NCBI GenBank assembly: GCA_963785235.1 | Contig: CAWAUM010000012.1 | Location: 1 to 64,000, forward strand | Length of the DNA stretch: 64,000 bases | Direction of reading: 5' to 3' | Origin: an uncultured delta proteobacterium | GTDB lineage: Bacteria > Desulfobacterota > Desulfomonilia > UBA1062 | Part shown: piece by piece, positions 60,041 to 64,000 of the stretch | Numbering within the stretch: the first letter of the stretch is position 1 | Layout: each line of letters opens with the position of its first letter | The notes under the pieces: model-generated | What the model saw: the letters and a program-made list of their open reading frames with translations, nothing else | The model's database searches: none | Told to the model about the DNA's origin: nothing | Made by a program: the position numbers and the translations under genes

Positions 60041-61549
60041 TCACCTGCCGTGTGCCACTGACAAGAATCCTTTCAGCATGAGTTTGCCCATGATATCGAT
60101 GCTTGGCGCCACGATCTTATCCGGGTCCATCTTCAACCCTGCTGCCATGTCGCGCACCAGTTCGCCCAAGGTCCGCTCCCCGGTGCATCCAGCGAGCATG
60201 GTGGCCATGAGCCTGTCCACATTCCCGGTGAACGGGAACCCGCCCGACTGCCTGATCTGGGCGCTGCTCACCTTCCATATGCCTTCATGGGCCTCAAGGG
60301 TCTGGGTCAGCTCGTGCTCTGCGGTCAGGATGAACCGCAAGCCCAGGATGTCCTTGCCCGAGTCCAGGATATCCTGGGCAGCGAAGATCCTTTTGAGCTG
60401 GTCGCTGCAGGGCCCTTTTGCCCGGTACTCGGGCGCGCGGTCCGTGTAGACCCAGTTCTTCACACCAAGCCTACGCCTGAGGATGATTGCACCGAAGCTT
60501 ATCTTGCCGATGCCCAGGCTCTGGTAGTATGCAAGCCACCTGTCCAGCGTTTCGGGGAATTTTTCCGGCGGCACGGCAGCATCGCGCGCAAGCCAGGACG
60601 AGGCATAGGAGATGGGGTCTTCCGTCTCCGAGCAGAGCAGCATGATGTCGCACCCGCTGGAATCGAGCCAGGCAAGCGGCCTGTCCTGCCAGTCGTCTTG
60701 ATTCCTGTGGTGCCAGTTGACCAGGACCGTGCAGTACCCGCCATCGTTCAAAAGCTTGGGCGCGCCCCTTACTATACGCTCGCAGAGCGCATCTCCTTCC
60801 ATGCCGCTGTCGCGGTACTGGTAGAGGCCCTTGGGTGAGATGACAAAGGGAGGATTGCAGACGATGAGGTCAAAGGAGCGGCCCTCGACCGGCTCAAAAA
60901 GGCTTCCCTGAAGGAATTCTATGTTCGCAGCGCCGTTAAGCCTGGCATTCATGTGCCCGAAGTTGAGCGCCCGGGCATTGATGTCCGTGGCGAACACCCT
61001 CTCGCCGTGAAGGGCGGCCCTGAGGGACTGGTAACCGGCGCCTGCACCCAGATCGAGGATGTCCTTTGCCTTTTCGCGCACGGTCATGTTGGCCAGGGCA
61101 ACCGTGGAAGGCCCGATGCCCAGCACAAAATCATCTGCAGCCTGTGAGCCTGTCACCTGGGGGAGAAAGTCGCACAGGAAGAACACATCCTCGTATGACA
61201 TGAGGCCCGCCTCTGCGCGGATGCCGGTTTTTGCCTTGCGGAGAAGGCCTGCGGCCAGGAGGTCTTCCACCTTGAGAGGATCGAGGGCCTCCTGAGCGGC
61301 CTGGGTGGATACCTCGCTGCCCAGGATGAAGAGCCTTACCAGGGTGTTGTAGGGGGATGGTTTCTCCGTGCGCCTGAGTATGGCATACACGTCGGCCTTC
61401 CTGGCCAGGGGACCTTCCGGGGCATCGAGGTTCATGGTCTCAGCAATGGCCGCCTGTACATACCCCTTGCCCGCAAAGGTCTTGCGGAAGAGGTCTATAT
61501 CCAGGGGGTAATCGAGGTTGAAGGGTTTGTGATTATTCGATCTGTTCAT
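60041..61549 (-). CDS. Paralogous class I N-methyltransferase, same architecture
   Basis: LVRLFI, LDLGAGAG, TDINARA, CNPPFVISP, L.GCTGERTLGE...LM.KGFL. Confidence 0.85.
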   Translation of the reverse strand: MNRSNNHKPFNLDYPLDIDLFRKTFAGKGYVQAAIAETMNLDAPEGPLARKADVYAILRRTEKPSPYNTLVRLFILGSEVSTQAAQEALDPLKVEDLLAAGLLRKAKTGIRAEAGLMSYEDVFFLCDFLPQVTGSQAADDFVLGIGPSTVALANMTVREKAKDILDLGAGAGYQSLRAALHGERVFATDINARALNFGHMNARLNGAANIEFLQGSLFEPVEGRSFDLIVCNPPFVISPKGLYQYRDSGMEGDALCERIVRGAPKLLNDGGYCTVLVNWHHRNQDDWQDRPLAWLDSSGCDIMLLCSETEDPISYASSWLARDAAVPPEKFPETLDRWLAYYQSLGIGKISFGAIILRRRLGVKNWVYTDRAPEYRAKGPCSDQLKRIFAAQDILDSGKDILGLRFILTAEHELTQTLEAHEGIWKVSSAQIRQSGGFPFTGNVDRLMATMLAGCTGERTLGELVRDMAAGLKMDPDKIVAPSIDIMGKLMLKGFLSVAHGR

Positions 61550-61692
61550 AGTTCATAATAACATATTTGATTATCTGCCTTGGGCATAGCCACGGCAGAT
61601 TGAGCTCAACTTTCATATACGTATTATCATACATAGTGTGTTTTCTTACAAATATGAAATCATAGGTCATTTAGTGCTGTGGCAGCTTCCCC

Positions 61693-62280
61693 CTATTTGC
61701 CAAACTTCGCCAACAAGGCTTTAAACTGATTCACACCAGCACCTTGAACAGCAGGAGGTGCAGCAACTATATCAGCCATCTTTTTCCATTCCGGTTTAGC
61801 GTTCCAGGCTGGCCTCTGTGTGTACCAGGAGATACATCCTGGTTTTACTATGGTGTAAAATGTGACTTCTTTAGTAGGTGCAGTTTTTGCACTATGATGA
61901 ATTGCCACAGTAGTAGCTAATTCGGGAGACCGGCTGTTCATTATGAGACAATCGACGTTGTCAAAGTCAGCGGTTCTTATTTCGCCCCCTATACCATCTT
62001 TCGTAAACTCAAACGCATATACCGGGTCAATTTTGAAATAATAAATTATACTACCATATGAAGCTCCAGCTATATGTCTTGCCGAGGCGGTAGCCTCATC
62101 TGGCGTATGGCCGCGGAGGATGGAAAGCAAGCCCGCAAAAGTGCCTTTGCCCTTTTTTATAACGTCCTGCTTTATGTTTTTCAGGATGGCTTGCCCATTA
62201 CCAACATATCTGGCCCTTCCCGAGAACCCATCACGTTTTATCACTTCTGGTGCCCTATTATCACCCCGATATAAAAACAT
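61693..62280 (-). CDS. Putative ADP-ribosyltransferase toxin (R-S-E clade, scabin/pierisin/enterotoxin-like)
   Basis: MFLYRGDNRAPEVIKRDGF (catalytic Arg strand), ATASA..., YG..IYY.I, KEVTF...I. AT-richer than neighbours, RBS GGAGG. Confidence 0.65.
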   Translation of the reverse strand: MFLYRGDNRAPEVIKRDGFSGRARYVGNGQAILKNIKQDVIKKGKGTFAGLLSILRGHTPDEATASARHIAGASYGSIIYYFKIDPVYAFEFTKDGIGGEIRTADFDNVDCLIMNSRSPELATTVAIHHSAKTAPTKEVTFYTIVKPGCISWYTQRPAWNAKPEWKKMADIVAAPPAVQGAGVNQFKALLAKFGK

Positions 62281-62439
62281 TATAACACCTCCATATTATA
62301 TTTCGGGTCCGCAGTTTATTGATATCGTAAGGCCTTTGCATAACCTAATGCCAGACATTGTGAGTGAGGCGAAACAATCCCTGCATCTTGGCACAGTCTG
62401 GATTCGTGGACATCTTCCATGGCCGGGTACCGGGTTCAA

Positions 62440-62862
62440 TCATTTCGCAGGAAGGCACTCAAGCATCGACCTGTCGCAGACAACCTTCTGCCCTGCCTCG
62501 GCGTCCTTCTTCCATTTGGCATAGGCGTCGTCAAAGGCCTCGGGGTAGACAGCGCCTTTGTTCATAGCCTTGGTGACGCTCCTTTTCAGGGCATCTTTCG
62601 TGATAGCCATGTGGTTGCAGATGCGCTTGATGTCCCAGGAGGGCCTGCCCTTCACGTGTCCGATAACCTCGATGTGGAAGATCCCGGTGTCCTTGGCCTC
62701 TGCGAGGTTGTGGATCACGATCCATCTATCCAGGGTCCCCTTCCCTTTTATGGCCCAGATGCCAGGCTTGTGGCTGAAGATGGCCGCTTCATCGACGGCA
62801 TATGCCTCACAGGCAAAAGCGCACAGAAACAGCATGAGCATGACCGGTATGATGACCTTCAT
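62440..62862 (-). CDS. Exported DUF5086-like protein
   Basis: RBS AAGGAG, signal peptide, RWIVIHN, FHIEV, HMAIT..AL..SV, VYPE.F, two C-terminal Cys. Confidence 0.7.
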   Translation of the reverse strand: MKVIIPVMLMLFLCAFACEAYAVDEAAIFSHKPGIWAIKGKGTLDRWIVIHNLAEAKDTGIFHIEVIGHVKGRPSWDIKRICNHMAITKDALKRSVTKAMNKGAVYPEAFDDAYAKWKKDAEAGQKVVCDRSMLECLPAK

Positions 62863-62896
62863 AAAAACTCCTTTTATGGAGCAGCCCGGCAGTCCC

Positions 62897-64000
62897 TTAC
62901 CCGGCAGTCCATCTCCCGGAGAGCGACGTGGGCGGCTCAAAGAGCGACTGGAAGCGTACGAGGCGCGCCGTGTCCGTATCCTTGAGTGTGGCCAGTGGCA
63001 TGATGCCCGCATCCATGATGGCGTCGGCCGCCTTTTCAGTAAGCAGCACCTCTGCACATGGCTTTATCGTGGAGGAGCCCTGGTCGGAATACACATGCAG
63101 GGGCAGGTTGTCCACGTCTTTTACCGCGCCTACATGCATGTCCCAGCCGTTGAGCGAAAAGGCGCACGCCAGGAGATATGCGCAGGCAAGTGCAGGGTTT
63201 CCCCACAGATAGTGCTCGTGAACGATCTCACCCGCCATCTCCTCGAAATCGAAGGTCTCGGCTGCATCCGTGTCGCGGCCGAACGGCAGGCGCAACAGGA
63301 AGCGCGGCATGACAAGGCCCAGATAAGCAGCTTCCGGGATGTGCCTGAGGCTGTCCCATGCGGCAAGGGACTCCCTGTGGGGAAAGGCCCTCCAGGTGGC
63401 AGGATCAGGCGTTCCGCTCAAGGTCGAGCACCCCACCAGGCAGGGATCGGCCTGGGCGATGAACGGGGCATGCACGGCCGACGCTATCTTGGCCATGCGT
63501 CCCAGGAGCGCCGCATCGCTGTGATCAAAGGAATAGTTTCCTGCAAGAACGGAAAACGCCATGGTGCCCTCTGAACTGCGGGGGCCTTGCGTGAGGAGAC
63601 GGTATATGCCGGTGCGGGACAGGTCGTCGTTTGACAAGAGGTCTTCTGCAAGCTCTTCTTTGGATACGTCCAGCAGAAAGAGCTGCAGGCTCTCGTCCGT
63701 CTCCGTGCGGGACACAAGGAACTGAACCCCACGCCAGGCCGACTCCAGGGTCTGGAAGTCCCTGTGGTGCATGACCTCTGCCACAAGCTCCGAGATGGAC
63801 CGGTCCAGGGCTGCGGTCAAACGGGCCTGCTCCGGGTCTTGCCCGGCCACCAGGTGGGGCCTGACAACGGCCTGGACGAATGCATCCAGGTCGCTGCCTG
63901 AAGCGGGTTTATTTGTGCTGTTCACCGCCTGGCCGATCATCTCGTCCAGCAGGCTGCCGCCTTTGGGCTCGGATTTTTCCCTGTCCGTTCCCGGTCCGGC
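62897..64000 (-). CDS. tssC: T6SS contractile sheath large-subunit-like protein (TssC/ImpD type), 5' end beyond window
   Basis: MHH.DFQ.LES.WRG..FLV, APFI, YLGL.MPRFLLRLPFG, HYLWGNPA. Frame stays open to position 64000. Confidence 0.85.
   Translation of the reverse strand, partial: AGPGTDREKSEPKGGSLLDEMIGQAVNSTNKPASGSDLDAFVQAVVRPHLVAGQDPEQARLTAALDRSISELVAEVMHHRDFQTLESAWRGVQFLVSRTETDESLQLFLLDVSKEELAEDLLSNDDLSRTGIYRLLTQGPRSSEGTMAFSVLAGNYSFDHSDAALLGRMAKIASAVHAPFIAQADPCLVGCSTLSGTPDPATWRAFPHRESLAAWDSLRHIPEAAYLGLVMPRFLLRLPFGRDTDAAETFDFEEMAGEIVHEHYLWGNPALACAYLLACAFSLNGWDMHVGAVKDVDNLPLHVYSDQGSSTIKPCAEVLLTEKAADAIMDAGIMPLATLKDTDTARLVRFQSLFEPPTSLSGRWTAG

Noticed and set aside
62353-62381. Degenerate REP-like GACATTGTGAGTGAGGCGAAACAATCC
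   Set aside because: Single eroded half with no partner in the window.

Overview
A 64-kb chromosomal segment, probably from a Desulfobacterota/deltaproteobacterium-like anaerobe (inferred from gene content only). Many single-base frameshifts in otherwise intact genes suggest an uncorrected long-read assembly. (1) 1-16 kb is a mosaic accessory region: a MacAB-like ABC exporter, a DUF2141-MipA fusion, a YeeE/YedE pair, PsiE, MpgP, YihY and NhaA, together with decayed response-regulator remnants, a MITE, two nhaA-I (Li+-I) riboswitch-like RNAs and what look like two small decayed integron-cassette loci. (2) 16-40 kb holds mostly housekeeping and envelope genes (asnB, sigma54-amt-glnK, a GTPase, mscL, NfeD/SPFH) and ends in a cytochrome/CsgG-fold/beta-barrel/cyclase-FHA cluster. 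(3) 40-47.5 kb is an integron gene-cassette array with no integrase in the window (CALIN): about 10 cassettes, including three TA pairs and two defence-like genes, headed by an AT-rich attI-like site. (4) 47.7-64 kb is a type VI secretion locus with Ser/Thr kinase, PP2C phosphatase, FHA, VgrG, two DUF2169, a PAAR-like protein and a TssC-like gene. It also carries two convergent paralogous N-methyltransferases with PqqD-like C-termini, an orphan ADP-ribosyltransferase-like toxin and a lysine-free protein. The most novel signals are the dispersed attI-like heads, two of which lack precisely the GTT crossover triplet, and the methyltransferase pair inside the T6SS cluster.
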